Source of the DNA: a virus
DNA: 64,000 nt
IMG/VR virus record: IMGVR_UViG_2595698497_000001
Strand: one strand, 5' to 3'
Made by a program: the position numbers and the translations under genes. The stretch's first letter is position 1. Each line of letters opens with the position of its first letter. A model generated the notes under the pieces. The model did not search any database, had not been told where the DNA came from, and saw only the letters and a list, made by a program, of their open reading frames with translations. Below are positions 50,601 through 58,740 of the stretch, in pieces.

Positions 50601-52083
50601 GACACGAATCTCAACGCCTACCGGCGGGGGAAATTTTGAATCGGGTTACGTCACAAACATCACAGAGATAACAGGACAGGGAATTTTCTTTCATAACGGA
50701 ACCACCCGTATAGGTGAAATTACAACTCAAGATACAACATGGTTAAGGATCAACCAAACTACTGCTAAGAATATCTACACTCCGCGTTACATCCGCGCAG
50801 ATGGTGGTTTATTTGTTGATGGAACAGCAAAAGGAATTAATGGAAGCGGTAACTTCATTGGCGGCACAATTGCAGGTGCTTCTGATGTTACAGACGCAAA
50901 TACTGCTAATACAGTTGTCAAAAGGAATGGATCTAGTGATATCAATTGCAGATTAGTACGCCAATCGTATCAAAACCAAAGCACCATTAGCGGTGGCATA
51001 GTTTACCGAATTAATAACGGCAACGATAACTATCTCAGAGTTTGCAATAGCCCCAGCGCAATCAGAACATTTCTCGGAGTTACTGCTACCGGTAGCGACG
51101 GAAATTACCTCAGAGCGAACGCTACTGACACTGCCACTGGAACGTTAACGTTCAACGGTCTTGTCAATATTCGCACCGGTCTGGATTTTGCAGATGGTGA
51201 TTTTATACGGATGGGATCCAGCGATGACTGGACTGCTACCTTTAACAACAATAACTGGCTCTATATAAATCAAAAGGGGAACGGAATTATTTTCCAAGAC
51301 AATGGCACCGGTAAGATGGTTTTGGAAGACAGCGGAATCTTTAGGCCACATAGTAACAACCAGGGCGCTATTGGTACAACTACCCATCGATGGAATATTG
51401 TATACGCCTACGGCATAAGATCACAATCTCAAGGAAGTCCTGGACATAACAACAGCACTACCGGTTATGCACTAAGCAGCACCGGCGCAGGCTACTTTTC
51501 ACGTTCTGGCGGTGAAGCGCTTTATTGCAACAGAAACCAAAACGGCGGTATTGTTCGTTTCGGTCGGAGCGGGTCTGAAAAGGGGCAAATTGTAATGAAC
51601 ACCAACTCGGTGTCTTATCAAACCACGTCAGACTATCGACTTAAAGAAAACGTTGTTGCTTTAGAAAACGGAATAGAGCGAGTTAAGCAGCTTAAGCCAT
51701 ATCGTTTCAACTTTATTGATGATCCTAACGAAACCCTTGACGGTTTCCTTGCTCACGAGGCTCAAGAAGTTGTACATGAATGTGCTTCTGGGACAAAGGA
51801 CGAAATGAAAGGTATTGGCACACTCACCGAGTGGGATGGAACCACCCTTGAAACTGACGTTGTTGAGCCTGATGAATTAACTTGGGAAGAAACAATTACT
51901 GACGAAGAAGGCAATGAGACTACTCAAACACGAACCCGTACATGGACACAAACTGGTACTCAACCGGTTCATCAAGGGATCGACCAAGCCAAACTTGTAC
52001 CGTTGCTAACTGCCGCGCTGCAAGAAGCAATTACTAAAATTGAACAGTTAGAAGCTCGCATTACTCAATTAGAATCTACGTAG
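47692..52083 (+). CDS. long tail fibre protein 2 with C-terminal S74-type intramolecular chaperone
   Basis: MAYIGRNP..FNG..LGGVLQEP anchor; three ETT..GIDVTG.T.TDTL repeats; TSDYRLKEN...KLVPLLTAALQE. Confidence 0.9.
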   Translation: MAYIGRNPAIGTQKVLDSLESQFNGSKVTFDLRYNSNTIYPPIASALIVSLGGVLQEPGVAYTVTSDTITFASAPPIGTDCWILLYTEFGRAADSATNFSVSNNLTIGNELHGPANFIIDPATIGDNTGTVEIKGNLTVQGTQTTVNSTTVDLDHLSLGDGEIANFGTDNDLRIYHSGNVSRIYDTSTNLQIAGSIVELRNSGTNEVMIAAYEDDRVELYYDSSKKLETTNTGIDVTGHTETDTLNVSGISTFQGNVHLGDNDRLRIGDGNDLELYHDGTDDLIRSSGTTLKITGTRVVVNNAANNANQAVFTAGGSVALYHNASKKFETTSSGIDVTGHTETDTLRVSGIATFTGSETNFEGLTKITRTNDGQALQLINTSNANNAYVDQRFNIDGHSRASIRGQIFGANLGGLLRFYTAANSQVLTERAVIDYNGRFGINVTSPTETLDVGGTTQTQQLNVTGVSTFANTISVAETIQHTGDTNTSISFPSNDYIRLTTSGSSRLNATPNGYILLGTNSEPSGGDAHARNARLVVQGRIGNTADSGRLNLQRGSSTSNGSSIGSITFTDNSNNAYARIETLADAAPGTNDYPGRIVFSTTPDGSASPTESLRITSAGYVSIPDDSGRFTAGSSNDLQIYHDGSNSYVEDVGTGALIMKGSTVRIRSTTNENMLSASQNGAISLYYDNSVKLETTSTGIDVTGKTDTDTLNVSGLSTLQGTLEFDSTLQSYDPAGGGGSDTSTNAAIALPSGKQIVGVDDGYIRSLLSWSDSSNIIIGQQNTSKIQGIQLKPGTNAGVGLHYGGSGDNLKFRTTSTGVDVLGTITASSDGSNPIILVKGSGPNFIRFASDSSGTVDADSIDFVYRATPNTLGFERSSDGTTFWTTDADTGVTNFNYTPTVSGSSIFNASNLNAGTIPDARIPDVITPTTRVQTQEIRANGTQLVLNAGEAAGKFSGQTAEKIYLNSEGGTRISTPTGGGNFESGYVTNITEITGQGIFFHNGTTRIGEITTQDTTWLRINQTTAKNIYTPRYIRADGGLFVDGTAKGINGSGNFIGGTIAGASDVTDANTANTVVKRNGSSDINCRLVRQSYQNQSTISGGIVYRINNGNDNYLRVCNSPSAIRTFLGVTATGSDGNYLRANATDTATGTLTFNGLVNIRTGLDFADGDFIRMGSSDDWTATFNNNNWLYINQKGNGIIFQDNGTGKMVLEDSGIFRPHSNNQGAIGTTTHRWNIVYAYGIRSQSQGSPGHNNSTTGYALSSTGAGYFSRSGGEALYCNRNQNGGIVRFGRSGSEKGQIVMNTNSVSYQTTSDYRLKENVVALENGIERVKQLKPYRFNFIDDPNETLDGFLAHEAQEVVHECASGTKDEMKGIGTLTEWDGTTLETDVVEPDELTWEETITDEEGNETTQTRTRTWTQTGTQPVHQGIDQAKLVPLLTAALQEAITKIEQLEARITQLEST

Positions 52084-52101
52084 ACAGATAATTAATCCCA
52101 A

Positions 52102-52109
52102 GTTTAAAG
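52102..52109 (+). promoter_or_regulatory. GTTTAAAG box (candidate late promoter)
   Basis: Intergenic, 39 nt upstream of ATG 52149. Confidence 0.65.
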
Positions 52110-52148
52110 TTACAGTAGAAATATTGTAATTAAAGCTATAAGGTTGTT

Positions 52149-55100
52149 ATGCCCTTAACCCGTATTGATTCTGCGTTCCTTGACCTAGATGCAATAGGTG
52201 GGATAGATTTTGATGTGCAGTCAGGAGTCCCGACGTTTAGTGTTGATGCTGTAAACCACCGAGTTGGTATTGGTACTGATAGTCCGACAACAAAATTAGA
52301 AGTCATTGGAGATATAACGGTATCAAAGCAAAATGCATTTATAGAATTAAAAGACCCAGACACGGCTGATGCAAACTACCGACTAAGAAACCAGGGCGGA
52401 TCATTTAGTATTTACGACGTTACTAACAATCAAGTAAAAATCGCTGCTACAGCTGGGTATGTAACAATCTATCCCAATCTAAATGCCAATAACGGCCTAG
52501 ATGTGATGGGAACAATTACCGGAGATGGCAATTTAGACATTGCTGATGGCATAAGACATTACGGAGATACTAATACTTCTATTAGTTTTCCTGCCGCTGA
52601 TACAATTACGGCAGAAACAGGTGGTACTGAAAGACTTCGTATAACTTCTGGTGGTAATATTGGTATTAATAATACTACTCCAGATACAGTTTTAGACGTC
52701 AATAGCGACGGAACTGCTGGAATTATTCAACTCACTGGAGCAAGACCCTCTGATAGTAACAATGCTTTTTTCTCAGGTAGATCATCAAGAGGAACTATTG
52801 CTTCACCTACAACCCTTGTAACAAATGATATTATTGCAACTTTTCAGGGTAAGGCACATGATGGATCAAATTACTTACAAGCAGGAAGAGTAAGGTTTGG
52901 TGTTGATAGTATTTCTACTGGAAATTTAAGTTCAAACCTACAGTTCATGCTCTCCAATAATGGAGAATTTGAAGCACTTCGTATAACTTCTGATGGTGAT
53001 GTAGGAATCGGAGTTGCTGACCCAGATGTGTATAGTCTTGGTGGCAATAATAGATATGCTGCTATAAAAGCATCTGCTGGATATACAGTATTGAATTTGG
53101 TTGATTCAAATAATTCTGGATCATACTTACAATTTGGAAACTCTTCAGTTAGAAGAGGATCTTTACAATTTTTGAGTAATTCTGACTTTGTTATTACCTC
53201 CAATGCAAGTAATAGTGGAACAACTCTCACAGAAAGACTTCGTATAAAATCTGCTGGTAGAATTGGTATCGAGACTGATGATCCAACTGAAAGACTAACT
53301 GTTCATGGAACTAACAATGACACCACTCCTATTTTAGGATTAAGATCAGGTAATAGTCAAACTACCATTAATAATGGAGCACAAATTGCCTTTGGATTTA
53401 ATGGAACAAATCACTATCAGCATTTTATTCATACTAGACATAACGCATCAAATAATAATAATGCAATAGATTTTTATGTTTGTGACGGAACACAGCAAAA
53501 TACTGTAACTTCTGGTTCTATCCATACATTAAGTATGGTATCTGGAAAAGTTGGTATCGGAGTCACAAATCCACAAGGAACTGTACACATTTCATCAGGA
53601 ACTTCTGGAGATGCAACGTTAATTCTTGAAGCAGACACTGACAATAGTAACGATGCGGATAATCCATATATTGTGTTTAGGCAAGATGGTGGTGTTAATG
53701 CCTCTGCAATAGGACATGGTGTGAATTCTGGAGTTGATGGTAATGTGCTTACCATAGCAAATTCAATTAGTAATGGTTCTATAACTTTTGCAACAGGAGC
53801 TACTAATGGTTATGCAAACGCGACAGAAAGACTTCGTATAAATTCTGATGGTAAGATAAATGTAGGTGGATCAGCTGGGGCGGTTGGAACTAAATTTAAC
53901 ATTCTCAATGGAAGTGATAATCAAAATATACTTGGAATTACTGGTGCAGATGAATCTAGTGAATATGCAGCAATTGGAGTTAGTGGAGGTAATGCTGTAT
54001 TTACTGGTGGAGGAGCTGGCACAACAAGTACAGGTATAATTTTTAGAACTGCTGCAAGTGGCGCAGAAACTGAAAGAGTTCGTATAACTTCTGATGGTTC
54101 AGTTGGTATCGGAACTGTAAGTGCCGAACATCAACTTACTGTTTTTAATAATGGATATACTGGAGTTACTATTAAATCAAGTAGAACAAATGCCACAAGT
54201 AACATTGGTGGACTTGATTTTAAAACTCAAAACACAACTGTTGCCCGTATTCAATCTTTTGTTGATGGATCAATTAGATTTAGAAATACCTCATCCTTAC
54301 TAGACAGACTTCGTATAACTCCTACTGGTAATGTTGGCATTGGAGTTATTGATCCAGAATGTAAACTTCAAGTTGGGGGTGATTTACAAGTAGGAGATTC
54401 TAATAATCCAGGCACATTTATTAACGTGGTTGGTGCTGGTGTAGGTCAGAATTTTGGGATTAGATTTGGTGGTGGTTCTAATAACCCAGAATCAAAGTTT
54501 TCAATCTTGGGTAATACCAATGATGGTCATATGCGATTTAGATTTGGTGGAACAGAAAAGTTCCGTATCAGATCTGATGGTAAGTTTGGATTTGGAACTG
54601 GTGGGAATATAGATGAAAGGGGACACATAGAAACTGCTAGTGGAAATTGTAGATTAAAATTACAAACTGGAAATACTGCCGTTGCTGGTTTTGTTCTTCA
54701 AACTTCTGCTAAAAGATTTGATATCCAGGCACAAAATAATTTCTTCCAACTTTATGATAGTACTGTAGGTACAGATAGGATTCGTATAGATTCCGATGGT
54801 GATGTGGGTGTCGGAATTGCTGATCCACAAGAAAGGTTACATGTGGCAAGAATTGTCATGATAACCGGCAATACGCCACAAATCAGACTAAATGCTAATG
54901 ATTCTGATGCATCTGATGGTGATAGAACGATGCTCGGGCAGGCAACAGGTAATGGTAATTTTGTAACCACTGCTGTTGATAATGATACCATTCTACGAGG
55001 AACTTCAACTGGTAATTTATTATTTGGTGTTGGTACATCAGAAAAATTCCGTATAACCTCTTCTGGTAATGTTGGCATTGGGACTAACAATCCTGCTTCA

Positions 55101-57509
55101 AAGCTTTCAAACTCCGCAACAGCAGTTAGTGATGGAACCCAGAGTGTAGGTTCAAATGGATTAAACTGGAAAACTTCGAACTCAAATGCGTATATCGCTG
55201 GCTTCGAAAACCAGTCTACTGGTAACGGGGCTCTGTTCCGGGTTGGTGATGATAATTCCGCCCGAAAGATCCTACATGCAATGAACGGATCTGGGTCTAC
55301 TGTATTTCTAGCTAGAGGTGACGGCAACGTTGGCCTTGGTACAAACAGCCCAGGAGGAAAACTGCATGTCGAATCAGCGGCAACTACGGCCGGTTGGCAA
55401 ATAAGAACAGATAGCGTTGGCTTAAGCAATGAAAGTGGATTCTATCGCGATGCCTCTGATCACTACGAGGTGGTAATCAGAAACGGCCTTGGTGGTCTTT
55501 CGTATGTTAAAAACGACGGCGGGGCTTCTACTGCAAATCTTAGATTCAACGTACAGGGAGGCGAGCGTCTTACCATACTTTCCAGTGGTAACGTTGGCAT
55601 TGGTACTAACAACCCCGTCTATCCTCTTCATGTTCAAGAATCGGCTTATTTCCGCAGAGGTATACAAGTAGCAGTACTCTCTTCAAATGAACTTCAGAGT
55701 AGGTCTCCGATCAACTCTGGTTTTTATAACGTAGACAATACTACAACTGCAAACGGGTGGCCATTTACCGGTTGGGCACATCTCCTTGCAAACACACATA
55801 GCAACACCACCAACTACTACTCCCAGCAATTTGCCAGCAGCTTCTATAACCAAGAGCTATACTTCCGTAACACTAACAACGGTAGCACAACAACCACCCA
55901 GTCCTGGGGTCAGGTGATGCATACCAACTCCGCCCTAAAGCCTGTGTTTGCCGAATCTAGTGGTGTTACAGACGCATATAGCAGATATTGGTACCCTGGT
56001 GGTGAGTATTATGTTTCTGTTCATGGCATCACCGCCCCTGGCGATGCAAACAATATGATTGAGCAAGGCTACTATCACATTGCAAATAACACTTCCAACA
56101 ACCCGACCTCCGCCTACGGATATTTAAATGTCCATCGGCATGCCGGATCTCAATACTCTCTCCAGCATTTTATTGTGAGCTCAGACACTGGTAGGCAGTG
56201 GATGAGAGCTTCGTATCCTGACGGCAGCCAATCAAGCGGAAGAAACTGGTACCAATGGTATAGCTACGGAGCCCTTGAAAGGGAAAACACATTCACAAAC
56301 CGCCAGCACATCATCGGCCCCTCTTCTACATCTACATTTACAGGACTTCATCCCAATACAAGTAATAATAGGGCTCAGTTTGTTCTGCATAGCAACTACT
56401 CTGATTTGGTTATCTCGTCTTCACAAAACAATAATAACCACGGAAGTACCTTATCGTTTGTAACACAAAATCCTTCTAATACTGCAGATTATAATAAGTT
56501 TGTTATTAACAAAGGAAATTATGGCACAAGAAATCAATTCTTAGAATTTGGATTTATTGACAACGAGTACACCAACCCTCATGACTACGTTAATAGTACT
56601 AACACTGCGGTAACTATCGACGGTAATAACAAACGGTTGGGTATTGGGCCCGGTGCACGAACTCCGGGATATCCATTAGACGTTCGTTTTGCTGGAGACT
56701 CTGGAATCCACGCCTCTAGTAGCAACTCTCACTGTTCTTTATTTTTAAATGCTTCAACAGGAAACGGTAGCTACATTAGAATGTCGGCCGGTGGAAATCA
56801 AAAATTCTGGATTGCCACAGACGGCAGCGGCCATTTAAACTTCAGACCAAATGCCGGAGGTACAACTATAAGAATGCAAAACGGCGGAAAACTTGATGCA
56901 TTCGCAGGGATTTATGTGTCCGGCGCGTCGCTAACGCTTGCAAATACTGAGCTAGACTTTACTACCGCAAACCATAAGTACATTGACTTCTACACCAATA
57001 ACGGCAACACGGTGAACTTTAGAATGCCGAATAATTCTAACGTTTTCCACACTGGTATACAAATGGTTAAAGCCGGAGCAGTAAATCTTTACCATAATAA
57101 CACCGTTAAATTCTACACCACTAGCACCGGAACTTTCACTAACGGCATACAGGGCAGTTCTGATGCTCGATTGAAAACAAATGTTATAACTGTACCTAAT
57201 GCTCTAGATAAAGTTAGAGCAATGAGAGGAGTTAAGTTTAACTGGATAGAAGACGGCAGAGCAGATTACGGTGTTATTGCTCAAGAGGCAGAAACCGTTG
57301 TTCCTGAGCTGGTAGGAGACCACGAGACTAAGAAATTAACCCAAGCTGGGTCTCTCAAGAAACGCCCAGATGACTCTGATTATATTACCACAACAGAAAA
57401 AGGATTCTCTTATATGTCTATGGTAGGTATACTCATCGAGGCAATCAAAGAACAACAGGCCACTATCGACTCCTTAACGGCCCGCATAGATGCATTAGAA
57501 AACCCATAA
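52149..57509 (+). CDS. long tail fibre protein 3 with knob-like domains and C-terminal S74-type chaperone
   Basis: About 11 GIG/ERLRI modules, DANNMIEQGYY knob-like segment, SSDARLKTN...ILIEAIKE. Confidence 0.9.
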   Translation: MPLTRIDSAFLDLDAIGGIDFDVQSGVPTFSVDAVNHRVGIGTDSPTTKLEVIGDITVSKQNAFIELKDPDTADANYRLRNQGGSFSIYDVTNNQVKIAATAGYVTIYPNLNANNGLDVMGTITGDGNLDIADGIRHYGDTNTSISFPAADTITAETGGTERLRITSGGNIGINNTTPDTVLDVNSDGTAGIIQLTGARPSDSNNAFFSGRSSRGTIASPTTLVTNDIIATFQGKAHDGSNYLQAGRVRFGVDSISTGNLSSNLQFMLSNNGEFEALRITSDGDVGIGVADPDVYSLGGNNRYAAIKASAGYTVLNLVDSNNSGSYLQFGNSSVRRGSLQFLSNSDFVITSNASNSGTTLTERLRIKSAGRIGIETDDPTERLTVHGTNNDTTPILGLRSGNSQTTINNGAQIAFGFNGTNHYQHFIHTRHNASNNNNAIDFYVCDGTQQNTVTSGSIHTLSMVSGKVGIGVTNPQGTVHISSGTSGDATLILEADTDNSNDADNPYIVFRQDGGVNASAIGHGVNSGVDGNVLTIANSISNGSITFATGATNGYANATERLRINSDGKINVGGSAGAVGTKFNILNGSDNQNILGITGADESSEYAAIGVSGGNAVFTGGGAGTTSTGIIFRTAASGAETERVRITSDGSVGIGTVSAEHQLTVFNNGYTGVTIKSSRTNATSNIGGLDFKTQNTTVARIQSFVDGSIRFRNTSSLLDRLRITPTGNVGIGVIDPECKLQVGGDLQVGDSNNPGTFINVVGAGVGQNFGIRFGGGSNNPESKFSILGNTNDGHMRFRFGGTEKFRIRSDGKFGFGTGGNIDERGHIETASGNCRLKLQTGNTAVAGFVLQTSAKRFDIQAQNNFFQLYDSTVGTDRIRIDSDGDVGVGIADPQERLHVARIVMITGNTPQIRLNANDSDASDGDRTMLGQATGNGNFVTTAVDNDTILRGTSTGNLLFGVGTSEKFRITSSGNVGIGTNNPASKLSNSATAVSDGTQSVGSNGLNWKTSNSNAYIAGFENQSTGNGALFRVGDDNSARKILHAMNGSGSTVFLARGDGNVGLGTNSPGGKLHVESAATTAGWQIRTDSVGLSNESGFYRDASDHYEVVIRNGLGGLSYVKNDGGASTANLRFNVQGGERLTILSSGNVGIGTNNPVYPLHVQESAYFRRGIQVAVLSSNELQSRSPINSGFYNVDNTTTANGWPFTGWAHLLANTHSNTTNYYSQQFASSFYNQELYFRNTNNGSTTTTQSWGQVMHTNSALKPVFAESSGVTDAYSRYWYPGGEYYVSVHGITAPGDANNMIEQGYYHIANNTSNNPTSAYGYLNVHRHAGSQYSLQHFIVSSDTGRQWMRASYPDGSQSSGRNWYQWYSYGALERENTFTNRQHIIGPSSTSTFTGLHPNTSNNRAQFVLHSNYSDLVISSSQNNNNHGSTLSFVTQNPSNTADYNKFVINKGNYGTRNQFLEFGFIDNEYTNPHDYVNSTNTAVTIDGNNKRLGIGPGARTPGYPLDVRFAGDSGIHASSSNSHCSLFLNASTGNGSYIRMSAGGNQKFWIATDGSGHLNFRPNAGGTTIRMQNGGKLDAFAGIYVSGASLTLANTELDFTTANHKYIDFYTNNGNTVNFRMPNNSNVFHTGIQMVKAGAVNLYHNNTVKFYTTSTGTFTNGIQGSSDARLKTNVITVPNALDKVRAMRGVKFNWIEDGRADYGVIAQEAETVVPELVGDHETKKLTQAGSLKKRPDDSDYITTTEKGFSYMSMVGILIEAIKEQQATIDSLTARIDALENP

Positions 57510-57588
57510 TGCGGGTTTCCGTATGAGCATAGTTTACAAATTTAGTTTTTTGGTTTAAAATATATACGTACATATATAACGTTAACGT

Positions 57589-57831
57589 ATGGAACCCCAA
57601 GATCTTAAGACTAATTTTACTGAGCAACTCGAGAAGCTCAATACTGAAATTGGCCAGCTTCGTCAGGCCCTTGCTCAACGCCAGGAGCTAGCCATCAAAC
57701 TCCAAGGAGCCATTGAAGCTATGCAACTTCAACTAGGCGAAGAGCCTGGTGCAGCTCCTGAGCCAGAAGCTGTAGCCGAAGCAACTGCCGAAGTACCAGA
57801 CGCCGAGCCCGTAGAAGCAACCGCTGGTTGA
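57589..57831 (+). CDS. small coiled-coil protein
   Basis: 80 aa; GTTTAAAA at 57553-57560 upstream, terminator downstream. Confidence 0.8.
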   Translation: MEPQDLKTNFTEQLEKLNTEIGQLRQALAQRQELAIKLQGAIEAMQLQLGEEPGAAPEPEAVAEATAEVPDAEPVEATAG

Positions 57832-57855
57832 TACCGACTCAGAAATAAAAAGAAG

Positions 57856-57887
57856 AGCGGGAGGGAGCGATCCCTACCCGCTTTTTT
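57856..57887 (+). terminator. intrinsic terminator, probably bidirectional
   Basis: AGCGGGAGGGA-GCGA-TCCCTACCCGCT hairpin plus T run, between convergent genes. Confidence 0.85.
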
Positions 57888-58146
57888 AGTCTTTAAATAC
57901 GATCTCTGGTTCGCTTAGTTTTGGATTTAGCTTTCCTCCCAGTATCCATATTTTATTGATTTTTTTGTTATCGTCGAAGTATAAGTCAAATATATCCACC
58001 ATTGTATGCGATCGAACAATATCTGTAAATACCAAGTTGTTTTCAGAGATATACTCCACCCCATGGCAATCAACAGTAAGCCTAGATAAGTCAATCTTAT
58101 CGACTTCTATTTTCTCTCCAACGATCCTTACTTTTGCTTTACCCAT
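57886..58146 (-). CDS. hypothetical protein
   Basis: 86 aa, TAATG-coupled. Confidence 0.7.
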   Translation of the reverse strand: MGKAKVRIVGEKIEVDKIDLSRLTVDCHGVEYISENNLVFTDIVRSHTMVDIFDLYFDDNKKINKIWILGGKLNPKLSEPEIVFKD

Positions 58147-58475
58147 TAAGAGATTTTCTCCGACTCTAGATTACTTGCTAATTTTAACATATTATTTAAT
58201 ATTAGTCGAATCCATCTTTCGTCTTCTTCAGTATTTTCTGTAAGAGTTAGTATTTCAGGTAGGTCAAATTCAGCCTCCGAAAGAGTAGGCCAGCCGTTCT
58301 TTAAATAGCTTAAAACCCACTCTTTTATCTCTTCCTTGATAAATCTTCCACCAAGTAATGCCCACAGCCCTCCGCTCCAAGTAAAGATGTCTCCATTAGA
58401 TAATACAACTATATCCCCTGGATCTTTTTCTTTAGGAAACTGAGCGTTGCCTCTTGGTAACCTTGTGATTTTCAT
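58146..58475 (-). CDS. hypothetical protein
   Basis: 109 aa, TAATG-coupled. Confidence 0.7.
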   Translation of the reverse strand: MKITRLPRGNAQFPKEKDPGDIVVLSNGDIFTWSGGLWALLGGRFIKEEIKEWVLSYLKNGWPTLSEAEFDLPEILTLTENTEEDERWIRLILNNMLKLASNLESEKIS

Positions 58476-58651
58476 TATTCAGGAGTGATTTCGACTTCTC
58501 CAAGAGTAGACTCATTGGCCGGTCCTTCTGGAAAAATAGAATTTAGAGCAGCCTCTAGTTCCCCAATCATTGCCTTTACAAGGATTTTATTACCGCTTAC
58601 CTTCGCGTCTGCGTAAGCATCAATTAACTGAGCAAAACCTGCTTTATCCAT
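58475..58651 (-). CDS. hypothetical protein
   Basis: 58-aa ORF (MDKAGFAQLIDAYADAKVSG...) below the track cutoff, coupled to the next gene. Confidence 0.7.
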   Translation of the reverse strand: MDKAGFAQLIDAYADAKVSGNKILVKAMIGELEAALNSIFPEGPANESTLGEVEITPE

Positions 58652-58679
58652 AGTATACTACTAAAATAATCTCCATATC

Positions 58680-58707
58680 CTTTAACCCAAAAGGTTGCTG
58701 TTTAAAG
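58680..58707. promoter_or_regulatory. divergent pair GGTTAAAG(-) / GTTTAAAG(+)
   Basis: 28 and 33 nt from divergent ATGs 58651 and 58741. Confidence 0.6.
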
Positions 58708-58740
58708 ATATATTAGTTATATTATCCACCATTTCTCGGC

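Larger units (their letters stand above)
43506..55067 (+). repeat. dispersed ~27-bp junction repeat GAAAGACTTCGTATAACTTCTGATGGT (17 copies)
   Basis: Copies start at 43506, 43875, 44121, 44631, 44781, 45591, 46133, 49522, 52629, 52971, 53232, 53826, 54072, 54303, 54555, 54774, 55041. Confidence 0.9.

Noticed and set aside
43506..55067. Fibre repeats as a CRISPR array or a diversity-generating retroelement
   Set aside because: Spacing is irregular (150 bp to over 3 kb) and coding. No cas or reverse transcriptase gene is present, and no adenine-specific template/variable repeat pair was seen.
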